Part shown: piece after piece, positions 26,582 through 34,928 of the stretch
Numbering within the stretch: position 1 is the stretch's first letter
How the letters are laid out: each line of letters opens with the position of its first letter
Origin: Patescibacteria group bacterium
Lineage (GTDB): Bacteria > Patescibacteriota > Patescibacteriia > 2-01-FULL-39-33
Assembly (NCBI GenBank): GCA_041649575.1
Contig: JBAZMW010000003.1
Span: 58,102-122,101 of the forward strand
Reading direction: 5' to 3'
DNA: 64,000 nucleotides
The notes under the pieces: model-generated
What the model saw: only the letters and a program-made list of their open reading frames with translations
Databases searched by the model: none
Told to the model about the DNA's origin: nothing
Position numbers and translations under genes: made by a program

Positions 26582-27328
26582 TTAAGACAATTTGTAATTA
26601 TTGATCATCAGCACAAACTTATACCCGAGATACTTGGCGGCCAAACGGCAGAAAGTCATGCGGTTGATAAAAATTTCGAAATATTCTATCGGATCGGCCA
26701 ACTTGGTGTCGATGTTAATTTTTAGAATTATTTCTTTTCTCTTGCTGTCGACCGACAGCTGATTGTCGGTAGCGGCCCAGTTGACCCGATCGTGGATGTC
26801 GGTTTTGATACTGCCCTTGCTTTGCACGCGGGTGCGGTGCACGTCGGATTTGTCGGCCAAGATCAAAATGGCCGAGACTTTACTAACTAACTTTAAATCG
26901 TCCTTGTCATGACTGACTATGGCCTGCATTACCGTCGACAGATCTTCAGGCGCAGCTAAACTCATGAAAACTTGCGAAAACAGCATAGCCGCCCAATAAT
27001 GATGCCAGCTGCGGCCCAAAAAATTGCCCATATCGTGACAATAGCCGCTAATTGCCGAAAGCTCCTGCTCCCTTTTGGACAAGCCGACTTTCTTGGCCAG
27101 CGACATGGCGCGGTCGGCCACAATGTTGGTGTGACGAAAGCCGTGATCGGTGTAGCCCAGGGCCTTGAGATACTTCTCTGTTTGTTTGATAAAATCATTG
27201 ACAAACAAATTAGTTTTAACTTGTTTAAAGGTTAATTGCATATTTGTCGCCTTCTTTACCCGCCGTAACTTTATCAAAGACGGGCTAAATAGTAAAAATT
27301 TATTTTGTGAATTTAAAAGTATTTGCAA
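26582..27328 (-). CDS. HD-domain phosphohydrolase family protein
   Basis: H ... HD metal-binding motifs (GFRHTNIVADRA ... GYCHDMGN). Confidence 0.65.
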   Translation of the reverse strand: MQILLNSQNKFLLFSPSLIKLRRVKKATNMQLTFKQVKTNLFVNDFIKQTEKYLKALGYTDHGFRHTNIVADRAMSLAKKVGLSKREQELSAISGYCHDMGNFLGRSWHHYWAAMLFSQVFMSLAAPEDLSTVMQAIVSHDKDDLKLVSKVSAILILADKSDVHRTRVQSKGSIKTDIHDRVNWAATDNQLSVDSKRKEIILKINIDTKLADPIEYFEIFINRMTFCRLAAKYLGYKFVLMINNYKLS

Positions 27329-28259
27329 CTTGTTGTACTATATTTAAATCATCTCCGAAAATTCTAATTGTCCTGGTGCTTCCAAATATATCAACAATAA
27401 GATGCTCTCCACCACATTCTTCGCTTATAATATTAAATGATATGGCATTTTGATTATTTATCTTGGTTACTTTTATATTACTAACTTTATTAAGATCACC
27501 TTCTGCCAAAGTATTATTTCTTGATAAAATCTGATAAGCTGAATTAAAATCGAAGTCTTGAATCTCATTAATCTCAATAGCCTTACAATCGCATTCACAT
27601 AAAGTCGGGGCGTTAATTTGATGAAAAGAAATCGCACTTTTTATCCAAGGAAACAAATAATTATTTATCTGATCCTGTTGTGGCGTATTGTTATTTTCAT
27701 CAATTGTTATAATCGGATCTGTATAATCATTAGGATAATTAAATTCAAACTTATATTTATCATTCTTATAAATCTTCCGGTCGGCAGTTTCTGTATTGTA
27801 ACAATCACCAATCATCTCTGCCGGAAAACTATACTGTTTAACCAAAGCACAATCTATTTGGCCGTTGCCGTCGAAAACCAACTGCCAAACACCATCAACC
27901 TTGGCAGCCAAAAATATACCGCCTTCGCCAACACCACCAACGCCAAATTTTACTTCACCACGAGCATGAGTAGCATCTTCTTGTTTGATGTGCACAGTTA
28001 CTTCATCCGGCTGTTTGTTATACTTATGAATAAACAACTGTTTGATAGCGGCAACAGTATCGACCTGCTCTGCTTTCGGGCAAGGCGTAAATTCGCAATT
28101 GGGACCTTCGCGACCAACAGCCGAACCATCGGGACAACTTTTGGCTTCCTTGGTGCAAACGCCTGCTTCGTTGCTCGTTTTAATAAAAGAAGGAACCATA
28201 GTGCAGCCGGCCAAAGCAACAACTGCTACTAACGACAGTAAAAGTAAAAATTTTTTCAT
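27300..28259 (-). CDS. secreted lipoprotein (hypothetical)
   Basis: signal peptide with lipobox MKKFLLLLSLVAVVALAGC. Confidence 0.65.
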   Translation of the reverse strand: MKKFLLLLSLVAVVALAGCTMVPSFIKTSNEAGVCTKEAKSCPDGSAVGREGPNCEFTPCPKAEQVDTVAAIKQLFIHKYNKQPDEVTVHIKQEDATHARGEVKFGVGGVGEGGIFLAAKVDGVWQLVFDGNGQIDCALVKQYSFPAEMIGDCYNTETADRKIYKNDKYKFEFNYPNDYTDPIITIDENNNTPQQDQINNYLFPWIKSAISFHQINAPTLCECDCKAIEINEIQDFDFNSAYQILSRNNTLAEGDLNKVSNIKVTKINNQNAISFNIISEECGGEHLIVDIFGSTRTIRIFGDDLNIVQQVANTFKFTK

Positions 28260-28275
28260 AAAGTTATTATTTTGA

Positions 28276-28380
28276 TGTCATTGCGAGCGAAGCCCAAAGG
28301 GCGCAGCGAAGCAATCCCACGGGATCGCCACGGTCGTCCAGCCGGTTGTACCGGCTGGATAGCCTTAAGAGCGATGACAA
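28276..28380. repeat. structured intergenic repeat, copy 1 (GTCATTGCGAG ... GCAATCCCACGGGATCGCCACG ... CCGGttgtaCCGG ... GATGACAA)
   Basis: shares terminal and internal blocks with copy 2 at 31991-32076; both lie directly 5-prime of a minus-strand start codon. Confidence 0.6.
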
Positions 28381-28401
28381 CTATTAAACTTTTAACTACC
28401 G

Positions 28402-29856
28402 TTAATCCGCCATTTCGGTTTGCTCGCCAAACAAATCAATTTTTTCTTTTTTAGCTTTGGCAATCACGCTATCGGCGATTTGGATATTAGCATCGCGCAG
28501 AGCCTTCTGGCTGGTAAAATTGGGCGCGTCCATCATCAGGTCGCGGCTATCACCGGTTTTGGGAAAAACAATCACTTCACGGATATTTGGTTCGTTCTGC
28601 AAAATAGCCACAATCCTATCAATGCCGGCGGCAATGCCTCCATGAGGCGGCGCGCCATACTCAAATGCTTCCAGCATATGACCAAAACGCGCCTTAATTT
28701 CTTGTTCACCCACACCCAATAGTTCAAAAACTTTTTTCTGAATATCGCGCCGATGAATTCTGATAGAGCCGCCATAAATTTCAAACCCGTTTAACACCAA
28801 ATCATAACCATAGGCCCTCCATTTTTGCGGCTCCTCTGGATATTTTTTCATATCTTCCAGATTTGGCATGGTAAAAGGATGGTGACTGGCCACTAATTTT
28901 TTTTCAGTTTTGGAATATTTGAACATCAGAGGGTCTATCAGCCACATAAAAGCCAGTTCACTAGGATCGTGTTTGTCAACTCTTAGATCCGGCTTATCGG
29001 TGCCGTATTTTTCCATACATTCTTCGTAAGTCAGGCGCGGAAATGGCTGCGCTGAGATATTCTTTTCCGGATAAAGCGTTTCTACTAACTTAATCATCAT
29101 GGGCTCAATCAGATTAAAAACGTCTTCCTGTTCGATAAAGCTCATTTCCACGTCCAGTTGAGTGAATTCGGCTTGCCGGTCGCCTCTGGTATCTTCGTCC
29201 CTAAAACACCTGGCGATTTGAAAATATTTTTCCGCACCGGCCACCATTAAGAGTTGCTTGAACTGCTGGGGCGACTGTGGCAAGACATAAAATTTGCCCG
29301 GCCAAAGCCTAGAAGGCACTATAAATTCTCTGGCCCCTTCCGGCGTGCCTTTGGTAAGAACCGGCGTTTCGATATCCAGAAATCCCAAATCCGTCAAATA
29401 ATCCCTGATAAACTTCACCACTTTGGAGCGCATAACCATGTTTTTGGTCATCCGCTGGGTGCGTAAATCAAGATAACGGTATTTGAGACGGGTTTCTTCG
29501 TTTACCTCGGCCGTGTTCTGGTCGATGGCAAAAGGCGGCGTCTTGGCTTCGTTTAAAATTTCAAGTTTGGTCACCAATAGCTCCACCGAGCCGGTGGCAA
29601 TTTTATCATTAATCATATTGGCCGGACGCTCATTGACAGTGCCGACAATGGCCACCACATACTCACTGCGCAGTTTCTCGGCCAAAGCGTGCGTTTCCTT
29701 GTTCGAGGGAATAAACACCACCTGCAAAATGCCGCTACGATCACGGACATCAATAAAAATCAATTTGCCATGATCGCGACGAGTGTGTACCCAACCCATG
29801 ATTTTCACCTCCTGACCTATCTTGTTTGTCACCTCCAAAATCGGAGTTCTTTGCAT
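28402..29856 (-). CDS. aspS: aspartyl-tRNA synthetase
   Basis: class II aaRS motifs (FRDEDTRGDRQAEFTQLD, GFEIYGGSIRIH, GGIAAGIDRIVAIL) and N-terminal OB fold. Confidence 0.9.
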   Translation of the reverse strand: MQRTPILEVTNKIGQEVKIMGWVHTRRDHGKLIFIDVRDRSGILQVVFIPSNKETHALAEKLRSEYVVAIVGTVNERPANMINDKIATGSVELLVTKLEILNEAKTPPFAIDQNTAEVNEETRLKYRYLDLRTQRMTKNMVMRSKVVKFIRDYLTDLGFLDIETPVLTKGTPEGAREFIVPSRLWPGKFYVLPQSPQQFKQLLMVAGAEKYFQIARCFRDEDTRGDRQAEFTQLDVEMSFIEQEDVFNLIEPMMIKLVETLYPEKNISAQPFPRLTYEECMEKYGTDKPDLRVDKHDPSELAFMWLIDPLMFKYSKTEKKLVASHHPFTMPNLEDMKKYPEEPQKWRAYGYDLVLNGFEIYGGSIRIHRRDIQKKVFELLGVGEQEIKARFGHMLEAFEYGAPPHGGIAAGIDRIVAILQNEPNIREVIVFPKTGDSRDLMMDAPNFTSQKALRDANIQIADSVIAKAKKEKIDLFGEQTEMAD

Positions 29857-30086
29857 AGACTAAAAAAGAAAATTTGTTAAAATTTGTTAAATTAATTATA
29901 ACAAAAATCGATTTTTTGTTCAATGAAAAAAAGCCACAAATTACCAATGAATCGCGACTTTAAAAATTCTTACCCCAAAAACATAAAAATTCTTAGTTAT
30001 TATGACTTTAAATTTGTTTAATATTTTAATTTTTAATTTTTTAATTTGTTTTTTATTTAAATTTAGCCAAAATAAATAACTAACCA

Positions 30087-30115
30087 TTGACACTAATTTT
30101 CAAAAATGATAGAAT
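30087..30115 (+). promoter_or_regulatory. near-consensus promoter TTGACA-N17-TAGAAT at the boundary of GC-rich island A
   Basis: ttgaca (30087-30092), 17-nt spacer, tagaat (30110-30115); the GC-rich segment starts about 6 nt downstream. Confidence 0.5.
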
Positions 30116-30520
30116 TTTTTATTGAGCGGCACAGTGCTGACTCAAAACCTCGAACATTACAAACAAGAGCGGAGGACAAATCCGTGTATATAAGGAACAT
30201 AGTTCCCGGACAGTTTGTTTAGTTCTTCTCCCAAGAAGACCCGCACGATGCGCGTAATGGCAAGAGACATCGCGTTGACAGCGTTGACGTGAGAGAGAGC
30301 ACTGTGACGCTGGACGTCTCCGAAGATGACGGCTACACGACTGATTTTGAGATAGTGGATTCTGTTAGTTGCTGGAGCCAGCCGGTAGAATTGTGCAGTT
30401 TCTAGTGCAGGAAGAGAAGGCTTGTGAGCGGCGCCGATCCTGGACGCGTCATAGCTTTCGTCCCCGAACCGCCAGCCACGGCCCCGTCCGTACCGGCCAA
30501 ACCATAGAAAGGGCGCGACC

Positions 30521-30860
30521 AATGAGATCAAGAAACGCGGTAGCACTGAAAGCGGGCCAGTTCTTGCTTTTTTCCCGAAGAATCGCTTCCGGGAAAAAGG
30601 TCATGGTAATGGGGCGTGTCAAAGAGATAAGCCCCAAAGGCGACCGTAAGCTGGACTACATCGACCTGGAACTGATGGACGAAGAAAGCCAGATCTGGCC
30701 GGACCACCGTGATTGCCATGACGGCGGCAGAGCAGCGACGCTCTCCCGGCTCCAAGAGCTCTACGGACCAGCGAGAATCACTACGCCCGAAGAAGCCGAG
30801 AGCTTCCAGATGAAAGTGCTGGCGAATCGCGTCGTTGCTATTGTCCGCTTCTTCTGGTGA
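30521..30860 (+). CDS. hypothetical ORF in GC-rich island A (coding status uncertain)
   Basis: 113-aa ORF from the first in-frame ATG; plus-strand direction fits the flanking promoter and terminator; overlapping ORFs of similar length on the minus strand are expected in 60% GC DNA. Confidence 0.25.
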
Positions 30861-30933
30861 CAACGCTGGAGGCGACGCCACAACCGTTGATGCTCTGCCA
30901 TTGCCGCCAGGAGGAAACATGCACATAACACAC

Positions 30934-30975
30934 CCGAGGTTGCGCACGCGCGCGACCCCGGGGTGATTTTTTTAT
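30934..30975 (+). terminator. rho-independent terminator (ggttgcgcacgcgcgcgacc ... ccggggtgattttttta)
   Basis: GC-rich stem plus T7 run; nearly identical to the terminator at 34601-34645. Confidence 0.65.
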
Positions 30976-30985
30976 AACAAAATTT

Positions 30986-31546
30986 CTAAAACAATCTTTC
31001 TACAAAACCGCAACCGCGAGCCGGCTTTTCTGACACCACCTCTATCAGCCGCTTGAGCTCAAAAAAAAGTTGTTTTTGGGTTTGGGCCTGAATTTTCGGC
31101 CGGTAACCCAAGTGCCTCAATAATTCGAAAAGATATTTGTTTAAAGATAATAAATTCTTGGTTTTTTCTTTTTCTTCGCTTAGAGAAAATAAGAATTTCT
31201 CAATAATTTCAAACAAAAAACCGTCAGCCGCCTCATGAATTATCAAACTATCAATCGCCGCCAAAAAATAATTGGCGATAACTATCTTATCCAGATCGGC
31301 TTTAATGGCCGAGTAATTTTTGGCAATGCCGGCGGCGGCCAGACGCTTTGACAGCTGGCCCTCGGCCAGCATTAAATCGCAAATCAAAAACGGCTCCAAA
31401 TGCGAATTGAGCTTGGAAGTGATTTTTTTGGCGCCCTTGGCAATGGCCGTCACCTTGCCAAATAAGCGGGTGTAGAGCGTGTACTGGCAATCATAGTCGC
31501 CGAGAGCGCATTTTTTGAGGACAATGGCTTGAGTGAGATAAGTCAT
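30986..31546 (-). CDS. recO: DNA repair protein RecO (short form)
   Basis: N-terminal OB-fold pattern (AIVLKKCALGDYDCQYTLYTRLFGKVTAIAKGAKK ... LEPF) and 186-aa size typical of compact RecO; moderate confidence. Confidence 0.55.
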   Translation of the reverse strand: MTYLTQAIVLKKCALGDYDCQYTLYTRLFGKVTAIAKGAKKITSKLNSHLEPFLICDLMLAEGQLSKRLAAAGIAKNYSAIKADLDKIVIANYFLAAIDSLIIHEAADGFLFEIIEKFLFSLSEEKEKTKNLLSLNKYLFELLRHLGYRPKIQAQTQKQLFFELKRLIEVVSEKPARGCGFVERLF

Positions 31547-31597
31547 CTTTGAACTAAAGATTTAAAACTAAAAAGGTACAAGAAAAAACAAAGCGGC

Positions 31598-31978
31598 TTA
31601 CTTGCTATCCAAATAACCCTGTAAGGTGAGCATAGCGGCCACATCATCGTCATGGCGGCCGGGCTTTAGCCTTTGTGCCTCCTTGCTGGTAAACCTCTCA
31701 TCATAAAAAACTAATTTTATTTTTAATTCTTGGGCCAAGCGCTCGCCGAAGTCTTTTGTCTTAAAGGTTTGCGGGGATTTTTGGGATTTTTTATTAAGCG
31801 GCAGACCGACAACCACTAGCTGTATTTTTTCCTTGTTAATTATTTCTCTAACTTCCAAGGCCAACCCATTAAAACCAGAATTTTTCAAAATTCCGTACGG
31901 CAAAGCCAGGCCGCTCTCTGTGTCGGCAATAGCCAAACCGATTTTTACTTCACCATAGTCGATGCCAAGTAGTTTCAT
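31598..31978 (-). CDS. ruvX: Holliday-junction resolvase-like YqgF/RuvX
   Basis: MKLLGIDYGEVKIGLAIAD N-terminus and RNase-H-like fold size. Confidence 0.8.
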   Translation of the reverse strand: MKLLGIDYGEVKIGLAIADTESGLALPYGILKNSGFNGLALEVREIINKEKIQLVVVGLPLNKKSQKSPQTFKTKDFGERLAQELKIKLVFYDERFTSKEAQRLKPGRHDDDVAAMLTLQGYLDSK

Positions 31979-31990
31979 GTCTGTTTACAG

Positions 31991-32076
31991 TGTCATTGCG
32001 AGGAGCGAAGCGATGTGGCAATCCCGTGGGATCCCCACGTCGCCCGGCCGAATGGCCGGACTCCTCGGGATGACAA
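31991..32076. repeat. structured intergenic repeat, copy 2
   Basis: TGTCATTGCGAGGAGCGAAGC ... GCAATCCCGTGGGATCCCCACG ... CCGGCCgaatGGCCGG ... GGGATGACAA; see copy 1. Confidence 0.6.
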
Positions 32077-32847
32077 TTAAATAGTAGTTATAATCTCTCC
32101 TCCCCTTTCTGTCACCGCGATCGTATGCTCAAAATGCGCCGAGAGCGAATTGTCTCTAGTGGCCACCGTCCAGCCGTCGTCCAAAGTTTCTACCGGCCAG
32201 TCGCCAAAATTAACCATTGGCTCTAGAGCCAAAGTCATACCAACCGCCAGCTTGATGTCGGCAAACCTCTTGTCCACATAATTGGGAATTTGCGGATCTT
32301 CGTGGGGAGAAAAACCGACTCCATGGCCGCACAATTGCCGCACAACACTAAAACCATTTTTTTCAACGTAATCTTGAATGGCGCGGGAAATGTCCGTCAA
32401 TTTATTGCCAGCTTTGGCCTGCCTAATGCCTTTAGACAAAGATTCTTCCGTGACGGAAATAAGTTTTCGGATTTGCCGGCCAACACTACCAACGGCGACT
32501 GTCTTGGCCATGTCGGTAAAAAGCCCGCGATACTCCAGGCCGCAATCAATACCAACGATGTCGCCGCTTTTAATAATCCTATTGGGAACCGGCAGGCCAT
32601 GCACCACTTCGTTATTTAACGAAAGGCAAAGAGCCGAGGGATAGGCATGCTCGGCCCAAGAAGCCCGATAACCCTTAAAACTTGGCTTGCCGCCGGCTTT
32701 TTTTATTAATTCTTCGGCATAAACACTCAATTCTTCGGTGCCAACGCCGGGTTTTATTTTTTTTATTACCAAAGCCAAAACCTGGGCGAGAATTTTCCCG
32801 CCCTGACGCATGGTGGCTATTTGTTGTTTATTTTTTAATTTAACCAT
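32077..32847 (-). CDS. map: methionine aminopeptidase type I
   Basis: pita-bread fold motifs (HGLPVPN, DIVGIDCG, CGHGVGFSPHEDP, HFEHTIAVT). Confidence 0.9.
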   Translation of the reverse strand: MVKLKNKQQIATMRQGGKILAQVLALVIKKIKPGVGTEELSVYAEELIKKAGGKPSFKGYRASWAEHAYPSALCLSLNNEVVHGLPVPNRIIKSGDIVGIDCGLEYRGLFTDMAKTVAVGSVGRQIRKLISVTEESLSKGIRQAKAGNKLTDISRAIQDYVEKNGFSVVRQLCGHGVGFSPHEDPQIPNYVDKRFADIKLAVGMTLALEPMVNFGDWPVETLDDGWTVATRDNSLSAHFEHTIAVTERGGEIITTI

Positions 32848-32932
32848 GACTTAATATTAACAAAAAAAGAATAAAATCACAAAAAGATAAACTTATTTTT
32901 GCCTAAATTTAAACAAAAAATAACATTATTTA

Positions 32933-32961
32933 TTGACATTTAATTTTGGATATGATATAAT
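32933..32961 (+). promoter_or_regulatory. perfect consensus TTGACA-N17-TATAAT promoter of GC-rich island B
   Basis: ttgaca (32933-32938), 17-nt spacer, tataat (32956-32961); RBS AAGGAG then ATG at 33027. Confidence 0.6.
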
Positions 32962-33026
32962 TATATATTGGGTCGGCATCGCGCTGACTCGAGATTTTGG
33001 ACATTTTCAACCAAGGAGAAAGAGAA

Positions 33027-33380
33027 ATGAAACGATTTTTCAGCTTTTTGGAGCGGCTGTTCGCCGGCCTGAGTGCGATAGCTCTACTGCTCGGCCTGAT
33101 GTTTGTGGCCGGCATCTGTCTATCGCTGCCCTGGTACGGCTGGATTGCCAGCTTCCTGGCCGGCATCTTCACCGCAGGGATAAGAGTGATCCGCTGGCCG
33201 ATCAAAATCGCCTTGCTGGTAATCTGGGGGCCGATGATCATGGCTTTCGGCTACTACATCGTCTTCCCGATGGTCGGGCCGGTGAGTATCGTGCAGGGAG
33301 CGATCTGCTGGGTGATATTCATCACGGCGTTTGTGATGGCTCGCTGCGCCGCCGGCATCAAGGACATGCCAACGGACTGA
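33027..33380 (+). CDS. hypothetical small integral membrane protein (island B gene 1)
   Basis: AAGGAG RBS 7 nt upstream; about 4 TM helices (FAGLSAIALLLGLMFVAGICLSLPWYGWIASFLAGIF ... ). Confidence 0.5.
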   Translation: MKRFFSFLERLFAGLSAIALLLGLMFVAGICLSLPWYGWIASFLAGIFTAGIRVIRWPIKIALLVIWGPMIMAFGYYIVFPMVGPVSIVQGAICWVIFITAFVMARCAAGIKDMPTD

Positions 33381-33437
33381 AAAGGCCTATGAGCGGTGCC
33401 TTTGAAAACCGCTTAAGACAAAGAAGGAGTTGCAACC

Positions 33438-34055
33438 ATGATAGAACCTGTTGGTGTTATATTGTGCGGTATAGTGATCTTGGTCCTTGGGGTTGGGTGG
33501 AGTCTAATCTCAAGGAAGAGTCTGGAATTCTTCAGTTGCGTGACACTGGTGGTGCTGGCTGTCGGCCTGTACTTGTCAGTGTCCGATCACCAAATCCCCA
33601 AGACGTCATGGGGAGCCACCACGCCGGGCGCGATGATGCCCTACGACCAGAAACAAGCCACCGACGCGTTCGACGCATCGGCGAAGCAGGCACAAGGAGC
33701 TACAGGGTGTAGCGCCGGAGCAGAGCAAAGGACCGCTGTGACCGCACTGACCCGCGACGAAGAGACGGCGCTGGCCAGACAACGGAACGCAGCGGCCGCC
33801 CAAGAAAGCGGTGAAACAACCGCCGACAAGTGGCCGATGAAGGAGCTAGCCATCACTCCGCTGAGCAAGTGGTTTAACCAAAGGGAAAGCAAGGGGGGCT
33901 GGTCTTCCGTAAACTATGGCTCGTACCGGTGGGTGCGAGTGGATGATAGGCTGGGACTGCAGTCCCATACGGTATATGGCTGTGTGATTTCCTTCGTGCC
34001 AGAGCCGCCGGCCACGCCAGCGACAACGGCCGAAACAAAGGAGGACAAGCCATGA
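33438..34055 (+). CDS. hypothetical membrane-anchored protein (island B gene 2)
   Basis: AAGGAG RBS; two N-terminal TM helices then an Ala/Thr/Gln-rich soluble region; stop overlaps the next start (ATGA). Confidence 0.5.
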   Translation: MIEPVGVILCGIVILVLGVGWSLISRKSLEFFSCVTLVVLAVGLYLSVSDHQIPKTSWGATTPGAMMPYDQKQATDAFDASAKQAQGATGCSAGAEQRTAVTALTRDEETALARQRNAAAAQESGETTADKWPMKELAITPLSKWFNQRESKGGWSSVNYGSYRWVRVDDRLGLQSHTVYGCVISFVPEPPATPATTAETKEDKP

Positions 34056-34219
34056 CCACGACATGGTGGCAAGAATTGGGACGATATGAGTACGAGATTG
34101 AAGTCGGAGAGAACGGCGGCCAACACTACACCGGCCGCCATCGCTGTGTTGGCGGACAATTGGCAGATGGCCGGTGGCCGATCTTTGGTGACAAGTCTGG
34201 CGAGACGGTTTACGCCTGA
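34052..34219 (+). CDS. hypothetical 55-aa ORF (island B gene 3), translationally coupled
   Basis: ATGA overlap with the upstream stop; MTTTWWQELGRYEYEIEVGENGGQHYTGRHRCVGGQLADGRWPIFGDKSGETVYA. Confidence 0.25.
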   Translation: MTTTWWQELGRYEYEIEVGENGGQHYTGRHRCVGGQLADGRWPIFGDKSGETVYA

Positions 34220-34232
34220 AAGGAGACGCGCC

Positions 34233-34586
34233 ATGCAATTCGTACTGAAAGTTGATGACGGTGTGAAAGAGCCGCCGACGCTGCGGGATGCCATCCTGGC
34301 GGCTAAGAAGCTGGCCCACTATGACGCCTTGGTGGCTTTCCTGGCCACTCAGAAAATGACCGAGCCAGGAAGAAAGCGACTGGCCGCTAACGCGGTAGTG
34401 GAAGCAATTGGCCACCTCTGGGTGCAGCCGCCAGGCAAGTGGGCCCAACAAGTGCGAAGTTTTGTGGCGGTCGAAGTTGGCGTCAATAGCGCCATAACGC
34501 TTGAAGACTCCCCGTGTCTCGACTTCCCTGTCTTCAACGTGGAGCCAGAGCGGCCGCCCTCGGTTCCGCCCGAACCCGAGTCCTAA
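34233..34586 (+). CDS. hypothetical protein (island B gene 4)
   Basis: AAGGAG RBS 8 nt upstream of the ATG at 34233 (the track ORF begins earlier at 34086 in the same frame); ends 15 nt before the terminator. Confidence 0.4.
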   Translation: MQFVLKVDDGVKEPPTLRDAILAAKKLAHYDALVAFLATQKMTEPGRKRLAANAVVEAIGHLWVQPPGKWAQQVRSFVAVEVGVNSAITLEDSPCLDFPVFNVEPERPPSVPPEPES

Positions 34587-34600
34587 CCGTACATTCGATC

Positions 34601-34645
34601 CCCTGGGGTTGCGCACTTGCGCGACCCCGGGGTAATTTTTTTATA
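34601..34645 (+). terminator. rho-independent terminator (ggggttgcgc-actt-gcgcgacccc + T-run)
   Basis: 10-bp GC stem (one G-U), 4-nt loop, then ggggtaattttttta; near-identical to 30934-30975. Confidence 0.7.
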
Positions 34646-34928
34646 AATAATATTTTTTACTATCTTTCTTTTTCTTTTTTAGAATATTTAATTTTATTAG
34701 TTTTAAAAGTTACTTTAGATAAAAATGACCACTAAAAAATTTAGAAACAAAATCAAGTAATTAGAGCGTTCCGCCTTCCGGGCGGAAATTTATAACTGTT
34801 TGAAAACCCCGCCTGTAAGGCGGGGTTTGAGTTTTATAAATTAGCGATAATTGCGCTAGATTTTGTCTAAATTTTTTAATGGTCAGAGTTTTTGCGCTAC
34901 TTTTTGCGGCCAAAAAGTAGCAATGGGC

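Noticed and set aside
30157-30947. Minus-strand ORFs in island A (30157..30546, 30449..30637, 30528..30947)
   Set aside because: The promoter and the terminator T-run are both on the plus strand; the composition makes spurious ORFs likely. They are not called as genes, and the coding status of the plus-strand ORF is itself uncertain.
30121-30975. Island A as a known large structured RNA (tmRNA, RNase P RNA, 6S)
   Set aside because: No match to the conserved 5-prime/3-prime tRNA-like ends of tmRNA or to the RNase P P4 region by eye. The hypothesis stays open only as a generic ncRNA.
32930-34616. Minus-strand and alternative-frame ORFs across island B (32930..33241, 32933..33712, 33606..33803, 33641..33892, 33846..34616, 33874..34059, 33914..34294, 34349..34537)
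   Set aside because: They overlap RBS-supported plus-strand genes with credible TM helices; this is a GC-rich artefact.
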